NCBI GenBank assembly: GCA_965199855.1
Contig: OZ241326.1
Coordinates: 1,728,001 to 1,792,000 of the forward strand
Source: a bacterium
GTDB taxonomy: Bacteria > UBA8248
Direction of reading: 5' to 3'
Length of the DNA stretch: 64,000 bases
Both the position numbers and the translations under genes were made by a program. Below the pieces are notes generated by a model, which was not told where the DNA came from, did no database searches, and saw only the letters and a program-made list of their open reading frames with translations. Shown one piece after another: positions 37,394-47,955 of this stretch (positions are counted from its first letter, which is position 1; each line of letters starts with the position of its first letter).

Positions 37394-38681
37394 TCACGGA
37401 GAAAGTCGCGGGCGGAAAGGAGACGACGGGGCGGGGAATTTCCACATTCCGGCGTTTCCGACCATCTGATCGTAGGAGAAAAGCGCCGCGCCGTCCGCCT
37501 CCGCCTCCCGGGCGTCGCGCCATTGCCGCCAGAGGCCCGCCGGACGATCCGTGAACAGATACGCCCCCAGGCCGATGACGATTTTCGGCGCGCGCGATTT
37601 TCTGGACGCCGTTTTCCAGGCCGCCGCGCTTCGGCTGATGCGGGCGGCCTGGCGCGCGTCCCGGGTGTAGTTCATGACGAGCGCCTTGTCCAGCAGACCC
37701 TCCTCGAGCCAGCCGCGCCAGTCCTGGAAGGCCGAGAGATACGCCCGCTCCGCCCAGGGGAGGACGGCGGCGGAGACGGCGATGCGCGGATTGACGCCTC
37801 TGGCGGATTCGGAAACCTCGCGTACGGCCGCCGTGACCTGCGCGCGCCGCCAGTCGTCCCACGCCGCGGGGGCCGCGTTCTTCGCGTCCGCGAGCGGCGC
37901 GGTTTTTCCGGTTTCCCTGTGAAAGCGCTCGACGGACGCCGCGCTGTAGCCGAAATCGAGGCGCGGGGAGAAGCGCGAGCCGGGCGATATGGGCAGCGCG
38001 TAGGGGTAGCGGATGAAGTCGAGATGAATCCCCGCGAGTTTGGGATACCTCCGCGCCAGCTCCGCCGCGATATCCGCGATGCGCCCCCGCGCCCCCGAAT
38101 GCGCCGGATCAAGAAAAATGCCGGGCGTTCCCAGCTGAAACCCCTTCGCCCACGCCGGCTTGCCGGATGCGGGATAATCGAGCAGGGAGCGCCCGTATTG
38201 ATCCCGGAGCGCGGCGTCCGCTCCCAGTTCGCGGAGGATGGGCGCGTCCCTGTTTCTCGCCAGGGAGAAGGCGTTTATCCAGGCGTGGACCCTGATGGCG
38301 CGGCGACCCTCGCTCCTCCCGGAAGCCAGGGCGAGCAGAAGGGCGAGCGGGTCCCGTCCCGCGCGTCTTGCGGGGGCGTCGTCGGCCCAGCGCGGTGGGA
38401 AACCACGCCTTTCCCGAGCGATAGACCTGCGCGTAGATGTCGGTCACCCCGGCGGAGCGGGCGCGCCTCACCAGGTTTCTTATCTTCTCCGCGCTGTCGA
38501 GGGTCGCGTTCGCGCCTTCCGCCTGCGCCCAGAGGCCGACCTCGAAGGGTTTTTCAGGGGAGAAAAACGGAAGCCACGCGAAGGGGTTGACGCCATGGTG
38601 CAGGCATCCCGAAGCGAGGAGCGCGAGGAGGAAGAGGCCGCATGGCGCGCCGGCGCGCGGGCGAGGTTTCATTTTCGTCAT
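37394..38681 (-). pseudogene. GHL10 (DUF187/YddW-like) glycoside hydrolase lipoprotein with a single frameshift near 38386-38400
   Basis: 5' frame: LLALLASGC lipobox, DIYAQVYRSGKAWF; after one extra base the next frame reads RVHAWIN, FLDP, GIHLDFIRYP, WDDWRR, QDW and MNY to the stop at 37394. Confidence 0.8.
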
Positions 38682-38881
38682 CTGAGCGTTCCGTGAGCGG
38701 GGGCGGCGTCATAACGCGGCGAATGGTTCAGGGCGTCGTTTTCGCAATCGTCCGGGCGGGCGTGGAGGCGCGCCGAGCCGTATTTTCGCCGGCAAGACGC
38801 GCGGCGAAAAGCGGAATCACTCGGGCGGAAGGGGCGAAGGGCGAATGAAAATAAGAAAAACACTTTAATATAACGTCATAA

Positions 38882-39445
38882 TTATTTGATATTCAATTCT
38901 TTTTTTGTTTTTGTCATCGCTTCCACAAGCGCCTGCTCTTCCGCCGCGCGCATGGGTTCTCCCCGTATGGATCGGTACGCCCGGGCGACGATCGAGACGG
39001 GAATCGGCGGTTCCAGCACCTCCCAGGCGGCGAGCGCCGCGCCCAGATGCGCCGCTTCGGGCGCGGCGGAGCGCTTCGCCGAGATCCCCTGAAGTTCGAC
39101 GCAGGCGAGGCGGATGTCCGGGCTTTCGGTGGCGTTCAGGGCGTCGAGCACGAGGAGGCCGCCGGGTTTTTTCAGGGCGTCTCCCATCGGCGGGACGACG
39201 GCGAGGCGCGGGTCGCAGACGATTTCCAGGTCATAGGCCGTGGGGATGGCGAGGTCGGCGGGCTGCGCCTTCGAGATTTTCACCACCGCCCTGTCCGGCG
39301 CGCCGGGGGGAGAGGGAAACCCGGGGGTTCGCACCTGGGATGAAAGCCCCGCCTGGATGGCCGCCTCGCCGAAGACGCGCGCCGCGCTCAGAAATATCTC
39401 CCCCCCGCCGATTTCGCGTCTTCCGTGAAAGCAGACCGCGCGCAT
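38882..39445 (-). CDS. Divergent 2-oxoacid:ferredoxin oxidoreductase gamma-subunit-like protein (orphan)
   Basis: MRAVCFHGR..GG, EAAIQAG..Q, GAP.RA.VKIS, D..IV.DP.L and KPGGLLV resemble PorC/gamma. Confidence 0.55.
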   Translation of the reverse strand: MRAVCFHGRREIGGGEIFLSAARVFGEAAIQAGLSSQVRTPGFPSPPGAPDRAVVKISKAQPADLAIPTAYDLEIVCDPRLAVVPPMGDALKKPGGLLVLDALNATESPDIRLACVELQGISAKRSAAPEAAHLGAALAAWEVLEPPIPVSIVARAYRSIRGEPMRAAEEQALVEAMTKTKKELNIK

Positions 39446-39682
39446 GGGGCGTTCCCGGCTTGGAAGCATGAGAGGGAAGCGGGGGCGAACTTCAGGACTT
39501 TGTTTATCAGAATCGGGGCGTCTTCGCCATGCTCCAAGTTGACATGGAAAACGCGGCCTCGCAAGATGGTCCCGGAAGAAGCCGAAAGAGGGGAAGCCAA
39601 GGGTCGCCTGCGGATGCCGCCGCCCGGAAGCATGGACGCGGCGCGCGAGCAGCTTCCCGCCGCAGAATGGAGAGCGTGAGTC

Positions 39683-41074
39683 TTGAGCCGGAAATTCAGG
39701 ATATTCACATACGGCTGCCAGATGAATCGCTACGACACGGAGACGATCACCGGCTATCTGGGGGGGCAAGGCTATGAGGAGACTGAATCGAACGAGGAGG
39801 CCGACCTCATCCTGCTGAACACCTGCTCGATTCGGGACAAGGCGGAGCAGAAGGTGTACAGCCAGATCGGACGTCTTGAGAAGCTCAAAAAATCGAGGCC
39901 CGACCTGAAAATCGGCGTGTGCGGCTGCTTCGCCGCGCGCGACGGGGAGGCGATAGCGAAGCGGCGAAAGTCGGTCGATCTCGTCTTCGGCACCCAGAAC
40001 ATCGCCAGCCTGCCGACCCTCCTGGAGGAGATGGAGAAAGGCCGGGTGGTGGACACCGCGCCGGTTGCGCCCGACTTCGACGAACTCGCCCCCATCGAGC
40101 GCGGCGAAGGCGTGAACGCCTTCGTGAGCATCGCGCGCGGGTGCGACAATTTCTGCTCCTTCTGCGTCGTTCCCTACACGCGCGGGCCGGAGTGGAGCAA
40201 GCCGGGTGCCCTGATCGTCGAGGAGGTGGAGCGCGCGGCGGCGGAAGGATTCCGGGAGGTGACGCTCCTCGGCCAGAACGTGAACTCCTACGGCAAAAAG
40301 TCTCCGGGGGAGCTCACCTTCGGCGGGCTGCTGAGGCGCCTGAACGAGGTGGAGGGGATCGAGCGCATCCGCTTCATGACCTCGCACCCCAAGGACTGCG
40401 ACGAGGACATGGTGGACGCCATGGCGGAGTCGGCGAAGGTGTGCGAGCACCTCCACCTGCCGGTGCAGTCGGGCTCGGACGACGTGCTCCGCCGCATGGA
40501 GCGCGGCTACACGGCGGAGGAGTATCTGGAAAAGGCGGCCCTCTTCAAGGAGCGCGTGCGGGGCGGGACGCTCACCTCGGACGTCATCATCGGCTTTCCG
40601 GGCGAGCGCGCCGAGGATTTCGAGGCCACGCTCCGGATGATGCGCGAGGCGCGCTACGACAACATCTATATGTTCAAATACTCCCCCCGCCCCGGAACGC
40701 CCGCCTTCGGAATGGAGGGAGCGCCGCCGGAGGCGGCGGTTTCCGAGCGCTTCGAGGAGGCGAGCCGGCTCCAGCGCGAGATCGCCGCGTCCCTGCGCGC
40801 GGAGCTCGTCGGCGGCGTTCAGGAGGTGATGGTGGAGCGCGCGGCGAAGCCCCGGGGCGCGCCCGCCGGGTGCGCGGGCTGCCCCGAGGCGGAGGACGCG
40901 CCGACGCGCTGGTTCTCGGGTCGCGGCCGGGGGAATCATAGGGTAGAATTGTACGCGGAGGGCATCGCGCCCGCGCCCGGGGACTTGGTCGAGGTGAGAA
41001 TCATGCGAGGCGGGGTTCACTCTCTGGCGGGCGTCTCGCCGCCGGAAGCCGTGAGGATGGAGGAATACGAATGA
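39683..41074 (+). CDS. miaB: tRNA-2-methylthio-N6-dimethylallyladenosine synthase MiaB
   Basis: TYGCQMN, NTCSIRDKAEQK, GCDNFCSFCVVPYTRG, LLGQNVNSY, HLPVQSG, YSPRPGT, TRAM domain. Confidence 0.95.
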   Translation: MSRKFRIFTYGCQMNRYDTETITGYLGGQGYEETESNEEADLILLNTCSIRDKAEQKVYSQIGRLEKLKKSRPDLKIGVCGCFAARDGEAIAKRRKSVDLVFGTQNIASLPTLLEEMEKGRVVDTAPVAPDFDELAPIERGEGVNAFVSIARGCDNFCSFCVVPYTRGPEWSKPGALIVEEVERAAAEGFREVTLLGQNVNSYGKKSPGELTFGGLLRRLNEVEGIERIRFMTSHPKDCDEDMVDAMAESAKVCEHLHLPVQSGSDDVLRRMERGYTAEEYLEKAALFKERVRGGTLTSDVIIGFPGERAEDFEATLRMMREARYDNIYMFKYSPRPGTPAFGMEGAPPEAAVSERFEEASRLQREIAASLRAELVGGVQEVMVERAAKPRGAPAGCAGCPEAEDAPTRWFSGRGRGNHRVELYAEGIAPAPGDLVEVRIMRGGVHSLAGVSPPEAVRMEEYE

Positions 41075-41622
41075 TGATCGAGATGAAAGTCAAGGGCCTC
41101 ACCCTCGATCCGCAGACCAACGTGCCGATCGTGATTCTGAGCGAGACCGACGGCGAGCGCGCCCTGCCCATCTGGGTGGGCATTTTCGAGGCGCACGCCA
41201 TCGCGCGCGAGATCGAGAGCTTCGAGACGCCGCGCCCGATGACGCACGACCTGATCAAGAACATCATCAGCGACCTCCATGGCCGGGTGGACAGAATCCT
41301 CATCAATGACCTGAAGGACAACACCTTTTTCGCCGAAATCCACCTTTCCATGAACGGCTCGGAACTCGTCATCGACTCGCGCCCCTCGGACGCCATCGCC
41401 GTGGCTCTCCGCATGGGCAGCCCCATATTCGTGGAGGAGAAGGTGCTCGAGGAGGCGAAGAGCATCGAATTCCGCGAAGGGGAGGCGCGCGAGGGCGCAT
41501 CGGGAGCGGAGGGGGAGGAGGCCGCCCCCGCCGGAGCGGACGCGCCGCCCGACGCGCCCGAGGACATCCGGGAATGGCTCAAGGATCTGAAGCCGGACGA
41601 TTTTCTGAAAGAGGACAAGTAG
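41071..41622 (+). CDS. Bifunctional nuclease family protein (DUF151)
   Basis: LPIWVGIFEA, PRPMTHDL, IDSRPSDAIAVALR. Confidence 0.92.
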   Translation: MMIEMKVKGLTLDPQTNVPIVILSETDGERALPIWVGIFEAHAIAREIESFETPRPMTHDLIKNIISDLHGRVDRILINDLKDNTFFAEIHLSMNGSELVIDSRPSDAIAVALRMGSPIFVEEKVLEEAKSIEFREGEAREGASGAEGEEAAPAGADAPPDAPEDIREWLKDLKPDDFLKEDK

Positions 41623-41752
41623 CCGGGGCGGCGCTTTCGGAAGGCGCCCCGCGTCGCCCGGATGGTTCGCCTTGCGGACGGGCCGGCCCGGGCGTGAATG
41701 AAGACGGCCCGCCCCTGACGCCCGGGCGCGTTCCCACCGGAGTCTGACAGGC

Positions 41753-42427
41753 TTGCTTCTTTATCTTCTGCGGCACGGCGAGACGGACTGGAACGTCGAG
41801 CAGCGCATCCAGGGCGTCTCCGACACCGCGCTGAACGGCGTAGGCGTCGCCCAGGCGGAGGCGCTCGCCCGCGCGATGCGCGGACGCCCGATCGCGCGCG
41901 TCTATGCGAGTCCACTGAGCCGGGCGAGGCGCACCGCAGAAATCGTCGCCCGCGCCCTCGGCGTCCCCCTGGCGGAGGAGGCGGGCATCGCCGAGCTGAA
42001 TCAGGGCGAGCTCGAGGGGACGGCCTTTCAGCAGCTTCACGAGACGCATCCCGGCTTCATGGCGCTCTGGAGAAGCCGTCCCGCCCGCGCGCGGATGCCG
42101 GGCGGCGAGACCCTGGCGGAGCTTCAGGAGAGAGCCTGGGCGGCGATGGAGCGGTTTCTTGAGGCGCATCGCGGCGAGACGATCGCCGCGGTGAGCCACA
42201 ATCTGGCCATCATCTCGATTCTGTGCAGGGTTCTGGGGGTGGAGCTCGACGGGTTCAGGCGGCTGCGCCAGCACAACGCCGCCATGAACATCGTCGAGCA
42301 CGCGCCCGGGCGGGGCTGGAGCGTCGTGACGATGAACTCCCTCGCGCACCTGGAGGGCGCGCCCGTCTCGGAGCGCAACCCCTACCAAGCCTATCTGCGG
42401 GGAGGCGAGCGCGCGGCTCGGTCTTAG
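41753..42427 (+). CDS. Histidine phosphatase (phosphoglycerate mutase-like) family protein
   Basis: LRHGETDWN, SPLSRARRTA, GGET, VSH. Confidence 0.9.
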   Translation: MLLYLLRHGETDWNVEQRIQGVSDTALNGVGVAQAEALARAMRGRPIARVYASPLSRARRTAEIVARALGVPLAEEAGIAELNQGELEGTAFQQLHETHPGFMALWRSRPARARMPGGETLAELQERAWAAMERFLEAHRGETIAAVSHNLAIISILCRVLGVELDGFRRLRQHNAAMNIVEHAPGRGWSVVTMNSLAHLEGAPVSERNPYQAYLRGGERAARS

Positions 42428-42609
42428 TCCTTGCCTTCGGGGTCGGAGACGCTTCGGTAGTAGCCCTGGATGTCGTCCACGAGGTGATCCACCTCGCTCT
42501 TGCGCCTTTTCCGCTTCGACGCCGCGTAGCGATAAAAGAGATAAAAGGCGAGAAAGCCCAGCAAAAAGCCCAGAATCACGCCGTCGAAAAACGTTTGATG
42601 CTGGCTCAT
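42424..42609 (-). CDS. Small hypothetical membrane protein (61 aa)
   Basis: ATG start, single TM followed by basic patch KRKRRK. Confidence 0.5.
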   Translation of the reverse strand: MSQHQTFFDGVILGFLLGFLAFYLFYRYAASKRKRRKSEVDHLVDDIQGYYRSVSDPEGKD

Positions 42610-42847
42610 TTCCGCGCTCCGGCCGGTGTCGATTGAGGCGACGCGCAGGGTATCCCCCGGAGCGTCGGCCTGTCAACGCGGCCCCGACGCGGGCGGGGCC
42701 AAGCCGGAGGGCGCGAGCCGGGACGCGCGCGGGCGGCGAATCCGCCGCCTTTCCGATTCGCGCCGCATTCCGTATAAGGCAATGACAGATTCAACGCGCG
42801 TCAAATATGTTGTCACCCCGTATAAAGTCCCCGCGGGAGCATGAAAT

Positions 42848-45028
42848 ATGGCCGCCAGAGAGCACAGAACCTATACGCTCAGGCGCGGCTCGCGCCCGCG
42901 CGCCCGCCTCGCGGCGTATGAGGAGAAGCTGAACCCCCGCCAGCTGGAGGTGGTGATGGCGGGCGAGGGCCCGATCCTCGTCATCGCGGGGGCGGGCAGC
43001 GGCAAGACGCACACCATCACCTACCGCCTGGCGCGCCTCGTCGAGGAGGGCGTGGCGCCCGAATCCATCCTCCTCGTCACCTTCACGAACAAGGCGGCGC
43101 GCGAGATGCTGCATCGCGCGGCGGCGCTCATCCAGACGGACGCGCGCCGCGTGTGGGGCGGCACCTTCCACCACGTGGGGAACCTGATCCTCAGGCGCTA
43201 CGGGGAACTCGTCGGCTACGGGCCGAACTTCACCATCTTGGATCGCGAGGACGCCGCCGACCTCGTGGCGGACTGCGTTCGCCTCGCGGGGTTCGACCCG
43301 AAGGAGAAGTATTTTCCCAGGGGCGGGGTTCTGGAGTCGATTTTCTCCCTGGCGGCGGATACCGACAAGGGCGTCTCCGAGGTGGTTCTGGGCCGCTATC
43401 CCTACCTGGCCGACCGCCTGGGCGAGATAGAGCAAATCGCCGCCCGCTACGAGGAGCGCAAAAAAGAGATTCAGGCGGTCGATTTCTCCGGACTGCTCAC
43501 CCTCACGCGGGATTTGCTCGCCGGCCACGAGGAGGCGCGGGGCGAGTTGCAGGCGCGCTTCCGCTACATTCTCGTGGACGAATACCAGGACACCAACAAG
43601 GTTCAGGCCGACGTGGTGGACTATCTGGCCGGAGGACGGAGGAACCTCACCGTCGTGGGGGACGACGCCCAGAGCATCTACAGCTTCCGGGGGGCGCGCT
43701 TCGAGAACATCATCGCCTTTCCCGATCGCTACCCCGACGCCCGACTCTTTCGCCTGGAGGAGAACTACAGGAGCACCGCCTCCATCCTCGCGCTGGCGAA
43801 CGCCTCCATCGCCCGCAACAGGCGCCAGTTCGAGAAGAGGCTCGAGGCCTCCCGCGGCGAGGGGATGAAGCCCGCCCTGGTGGCCGCGCGCGACGTGATG
43901 CAGCAGGCCGACTTCGTGGCGGATCGCGCCCTCGCCCTGCGCGACGAGGAGGGGACGCCGCTCTCCGAGATCGCCGTGCTCTACCGGGCGCATTTCCACT
44001 CCATGGAGCTTCAGATGGAGCTCACGCGCCGGGGAATTCCCTTCGAGATCAGAAGCGGGCTGCGCTTCTTCGAGCAGCGCCACATCAAGGACGTCACGGC
44101 GTTTCTGCGGCTGGTCGCCTCCCCGGCGGACGAACTGGCCTGGAAGCGCGCGCTGAAGCTGCTCCCCGGGGTGGGGGAGAAGACGGCGAACCGGGTGTGG
44201 GAGGCGGCGCGGACGCAGGCCGACCCCGTTTCTTTTCTGAACGCCGAGGCCGGGAGGCTCGTCTCCGGCCGCGCGCGCGGCGGCTTCGAGATGTTCGGAC
44301 GGCTCGTGTTCGAGCTGACCGGGGGCGGGGAGAGAGCGCTCCTCCCGCCGACGGAGATGATCAACCTCGTGCTGGATCGCTTCTACCAGGAATACGTCGA
44401 AAACGCCTTTGACGACGCCCCCGCCCGCGTGGAGGACGTGCGCCAGCTCGCGGAATTCGCCATGCAATACGAGGAGGCGACGGCGTTTCTCTCCGAGCTC
44501 GCGCTCATGGGAACGGCCGCCAGCGCGTCGCCCGCCGCGCCGGAGGACGCGGAGGGCCTCGATGAGGCCATCGTCCTGAGCTCGGTTCACCAGGCGAAGG
44601 GCCTGGAGTGGAAGGCCGTGTTCCTGATATGGCTCACCGACACACGCTTTCCCGCCACGAGGGCGCTGGCCGACCCCGAGGGAGAGGAGGAGGAGAGGCG
44701 GCTGTTCTACGTCGCTCTCACGCGGGCGAAGGATGAGCTCTACCTGTGCCAGCCCATGCTCGAGAGCGAGGGCTGGAAGATGGGGGCGTTCTCCCGGCTT
44801 TCGAGGTTCGTGGAGGAGCTGCCCGAAGAATTGTATGAACGCTGGCTGCTGGAGGAGGAGCCGGCCGAACCCGTGGAAGGCGGGGAGGATTTCGGGGGCG
44901 CTCCCCGCCTCGCGGACGCGGACGAGCCCCGGTGGATGGACGGCCCGCCGGATTCCGCCCGCGTCTCAGAACCCGCCGACCCCGACGATCCGGGCGGCCT
45001 GCGCTACGAGTATGACGGGGAGGGTTGA
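42848..45028 (+). CDS. UvrD/PcrA/Rep-family ATP-dependent DNA helicase
   Basis: AGAGSGKT, TFTNKAA, LVDEYQDTN, GDDAQSIYSFRGA, ENYRS, HQAKGLEW, EERRLFYVALTRAK. Confidence 0.95.
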   Translation: MAAREHRTYTLRRGSRPRARLAAYEEKLNPRQLEVVMAGEGPILVIAGAGSGKTHTITYRLARLVEEGVAPESILLVTFTNKAAREMLHRAAALIQTDARRVWGGTFHHVGNLILRRYGELVGYGPNFTILDREDAADLVADCVRLAGFDPKEKYFPRGGVLESIFSLAADTDKGVSEVVLGRYPYLADRLGEIEQIAARYEERKKEIQAVDFSGLLTLTRDLLAGHEEARGELQARFRYILVDEYQDTNKVQADVVDYLAGGRRNLTVVGDDAQSIYSFRGARFENIIAFPDRYPDARLFRLEENYRSTASILALANASIARNRRQFEKRLEASRGEGMKPALVAARDVMQQADFVADRALALRDEEGTPLSEIAVLYRAHFHSMELQMELTRRGIPFEIRSGLRFFEQRHIKDVTAFLRLVASPADELAWKRALKLLPGVGEKTANRVWEAARTQADPVSFLNAEAGRLVSGRARGGFEMFGRLVFELTGGGERALLPPTEMINLVLDRFYQEYVENAFDDAPARVEDVRQLAEFAMQYEEATAFLSELALMGTAASASPAAPEDAEGLDEAIVLSSVHQAKGLEWKAVFLIWLTDTRFPATRALADPEGEEEERRLFYVALTRAKDELYLCQPMLESEGWKMGAFSRLSRFVEELPEELYERWLLEEEPAEPVEGGEDFGGAPRLADADEPRWMDGPPDSARVSEPADPDDPGGLRYEYDGEG

Positions 45029-45237
45029 GCGGTTGTCCGCGGGCGCCGCTTCGCGCTATGGTATTGTTTCACGCGGAAAAAGCGCGCCCGGCGCCGCGCC
45101 GGGAGATTGTCACCCGGACGGCCTTGGTCTATCGACCGCGTGAAGCAGCGGCGATTCGCGTCCGGCGGGTAGGAATGTCTCCGGGAATTTTCACCCGGTC
45201 GCCCCGGCGGCCGGCTTCGCGGGAAGGGGTGAGGTTC

Positions 45238-46032
45238 ATGTCCGAGCAGGTGGAATACGCGCCGGGGAGCTTCAGCTGGGCGGATCTGGCGGCGCGGGAG
45301 CCGGGCGTCGCCCGCGATTTCTATCTTCCCCTGTTCGGCTGGACGCTCGAGGAAATTCCGATGACGGGGGAGCAGACCTATACGATATTCTCGAAGGACG
45401 GGAAGCGGGTCTGCGCCATGTTCGAGATGTTTCCCGGAATGCTCGAGGGCGGCCATCCCTCCTACTGGCAAAGCTACGTGTCGGTGGAGAGCGCGGACGC
45501 GGCCGTGAAGAAAGCGGCGGACGCGGGCGCCCGCGTGATGAAGGAGCCGTGCGGCGTGAAGGACGCGGGCCGCATGGCGATGATTCAGGACCCGGCGGAG
45601 GCCTTTCTGTGCCTCTGGCAGCCCGGGACGCACAGGGGCGCGCAGATGACGGGCAGGCCGGGCGCGCTCTGCTGGAACGAGCTGCTCGCGAAGGACGCGG
45701 AGCGCGCCGCCTCTTTCTACGGCGCGCTGTTCGGCTGGACGACAAGCGTGGAGCAAAACCCCGCCGGCGGGGAATACGTGATTTTTCACAACGGCGATCA
45801 GCCCTGCGCGGGAATGCTCGAAATGCGGCCGGAGATGGGCGAAGCGCCGCCGCACTGGGGCGTGTATTTCGCGGTGGAGGGCTGCGACGCCGCCCTGGAG
45901 GAAGCGGGCCGCCTGGGCGGGCGGGGGACGTTTCCGCCCATGGACGTTCCGGGGGTGGGAAGAATCGGGGGCGTCATGGACCCGCAGGGGGCGAGCTTCA
46001 CCGTGATGGAGCAGTGGAGCGCGTCCGCCTGA
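45238..46032 (+). CDS. VOC/glyoxalase family protein (two domains)
   Basis: PGSFSWADL, FYLPLFGW, WNEL, FYGALFGW, DPQGASF. Confidence 0.88.
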   Translation: MSEQVEYAPGSFSWADLAAREPGVARDFYLPLFGWTLEEIPMTGEQTYTIFSKDGKRVCAMFEMFPGMLEGGHPSYWQSYVSVESADAAVKKAADAGARVMKEPCGVKDAGRMAMIQDPAEAFLCLWQPGTHRGAQMTGRPGALCWNELLAKDAERAASFYGALFGWTTSVEQNPAGGEYVIFHNGDQPCAGMLEMRPEMGEAPPHWGVYFAVEGCDAALEEAGRLGGRGTFPPMDVPGVGRIGGVMDPQGASFTVMEQWSASA

Positions 46033-46168
46033 TTTTTCGCGCGTCCGTCCGTTCGCCGCGCGCGGATGCGGCCATGGATTGGAATCGCCCGGCGCATCAT
46101 CGCCGCCTGCCGCGTTGACGGGCGCGAGCCGAAGGCGCGCGCGGCTGGAATCATTCAGAGGACAAGCA

Positions 46169-46819
46169 ATGCCTGCCAGGTATAAGACCATCGACCCCGC
46201 CGGGAACCACTGGCGGCAGAACTATCGCCTGCTCGTCGGCTCCGTCGTGCCGCGGCCCATCGCCTGGGTGAGCACCATCAGCGCGGACGGCTACGCGAAC
46301 CTGGCGCCCTTCAGCTTCTTCACCTGCGTGGGCCACGACCCGCCGCTGCTCTCCATATCGGTGGGCGTCCGCGAGGGAGCCAGCAAGGACACGGCGCGAA
46401 ACATCATGGAGACGCGGGGCTACGTCATCCACGCGGTGGTGGACGGCCTGGAGGAGCAGATGAACGTCTGCGCGGACGACTACGCCTTCGAGGTGAGCGA
46501 GTTCGAGGAGGCGGGCCTCACGCCGATCCCCTCCGATTTGGTGAAGGCGCCGCGCGTCGCCGAGGCGCCCGTGGCGATGGAATGCGCGTTCCGCCATCTC
46601 CTCACGACCGGGCGCGAGCATTTGACGAACGTCATCATCGGCGAGGTGGTGCGCTGGCACGTGCGCGAGGACGTGACGATAGAGGACGGAAAATACATCG
46701 ACCCCGTTCTGCTCAGGCCCGTGGGCCGGCTCGCGGGGAACGGCTATTGCCGCTCGCATGACGTGTTCGAGATGCAGCGCCCCGACCGGAAGGCGGGGCA
46801 GGCGAGCCCGAGAGGCTGA
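46169..46819 (+). CDS. Flavin reductase-like family protein
   Basis: VVPRPIAWVST, NLAPFSFF, KDTARNI, VGRLAG..Y. Confidence 0.9.
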   Translation: MPARYKTIDPAGNHWRQNYRLLVGSVVPRPIAWVSTISADGYANLAPFSFFTCVGHDPPLLSISVGVREGASKDTARNIMETRGYVIHAVVDGLEEQMNVCADDYAFEVSEFEEAGLTPIPSDLVKAPRVAEAPVAMECAFRHLLTTGREHLTNVIIGEVVRWHVREDVTIEDGKYIDPVLLRPVGRLAGNGYCRSHDVFEMQRPDRKAGQASPRG

Positions 46820-46847
46820 CGCCGCCTTTCGGAGAAGGGAGGAGGAG

Positions 46848-47918
46848 ATGAGCGACATTCCGGGGAAGATGAAGGCCGCCGTCACCCACGGGGAGGGAGA
46901 GGTCCGCGTCGAGCAGGTCGCCGTGCCCGGCTACGAACCCGACCTCGTGCTCGTGAAGGTCGCCGCCTGCGGCATTTGCGGCACCGACGTTCACATCTAC
47001 GAGGGGCATATGCGCCCGATGTGGCCGCCCTACTATCCCTTCATCCAGGGGCACGAGTGGGCGGGGGAGGTGGCGGCCGTCGGAAGCCGGGCGCGAACCG
47101 ATCTCAAGCGCGGGGATCGCGTCATCATGGAGCCGACGGTGGGTTGCGGGGCGTGCGCGACCTGCGTCCGGGGTGCCTACCACATCTGCGAGAACGCCGC
47201 GAAGCCCGACGGAGGCTACCGGCTTCTGGGCCACACGGCGGACGGCGCGTTCAGCGAATACGGCGTCGCCCCGCCCAACAACCTCCACAAGATGCCCGAC
47301 TCGATGGGCTGGGAGGAGGCGGTGATCGCGAACCAGGTGGTCATCGCCCTGCACGCCCTGGAGCGCGCGGGGGTGGAGCCGGCGGACACCGTGGCGATTC
47401 TGGGCCCCGGCCTGCTGGGCCTCTCGGTGCTCCAGCTCGTCAGGATGATGGGCGCGTCCAAAATTTTCATTACGGGGCGCGGCTATCGCCTGGGGATCGC
47501 GGAGGAGCTGGGCGCGGACCGCGTCATCGACGTCACGAAGGAGGATCCGGTCGATGTCGTCACGCGCGAGACGGACGGCCGCGGCGTTGACCTGGTGGTC
47601 GAGTGCGCGGGCCCGCCCGAGGTGATGCGCCAGGCGGTGGCGATGGCGCGGCGCGGCGGGCGCGTGGTGCTCGAGGGGCTGAACGGCGGCCAGGAGACGC
47701 CGCTCAACACCGACCGCATCGTGCTGGATGAAATCTCCATCTTCGGCGGGCGCGGCTCGCCCAACTGCTACCCGAGGGCGATCCAAATCATCGCCGACGG
47801 GCGCATCGCCACCGAAAAGATGCTCACGCACGCCTTCGCGCTTGACGACTTCGCCGAGGCGATGCGGATGTTCAAGGCGCGCGAGGACGGCGTGATGCGG
47901 GTGATGATTACGCCGTAG
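46848..47918 (+). CDS. Zinc-dependent alcohol dehydrogenase (MDR)
   Basis: CGICGTDVH, GHEW, CGACATC..C, GPGLLG. Confidence 0.92.
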   Translation: MSDIPGKMKAAVTHGEGEVRVEQVAVPGYEPDLVLVKVAACGICGTDVHIYEGHMRPMWPPYYPFIQGHEWAGEVAAVGSRARTDLKRGDRVIMEPTVGCGACATCVRGAYHICENAAKPDGGYRLLGHTADGAFSEYGVAPPNNLHKMPDSMGWEEAVIANQVVIALHALERAGVEPADTVAILGPGLLGLSVLQLVRMMGASKIFITGRGYRLGIAEELGADRVIDVTKEDPVDVVTRETDGRGVDLVVECAGPPEVMRQAVAMARRGGRVVLEGLNGGQETPLNTDRIVLDEISIFGGRGSPNCYPRAIQIIADGRIATEKMLTHAFALDDFAEAMRMFKAREDGVMRVMITP

Positions 47919-47955
47919 CCGGACGCCGGCGCGCGAGGCGTGAGAGGGGGCCGCG

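Noticed and set aside
38882-41020. 712-aa minus-strand ORF
   Set aside because: Mostly antisense to miaB; only the part from ATG 39445 looks protein-like
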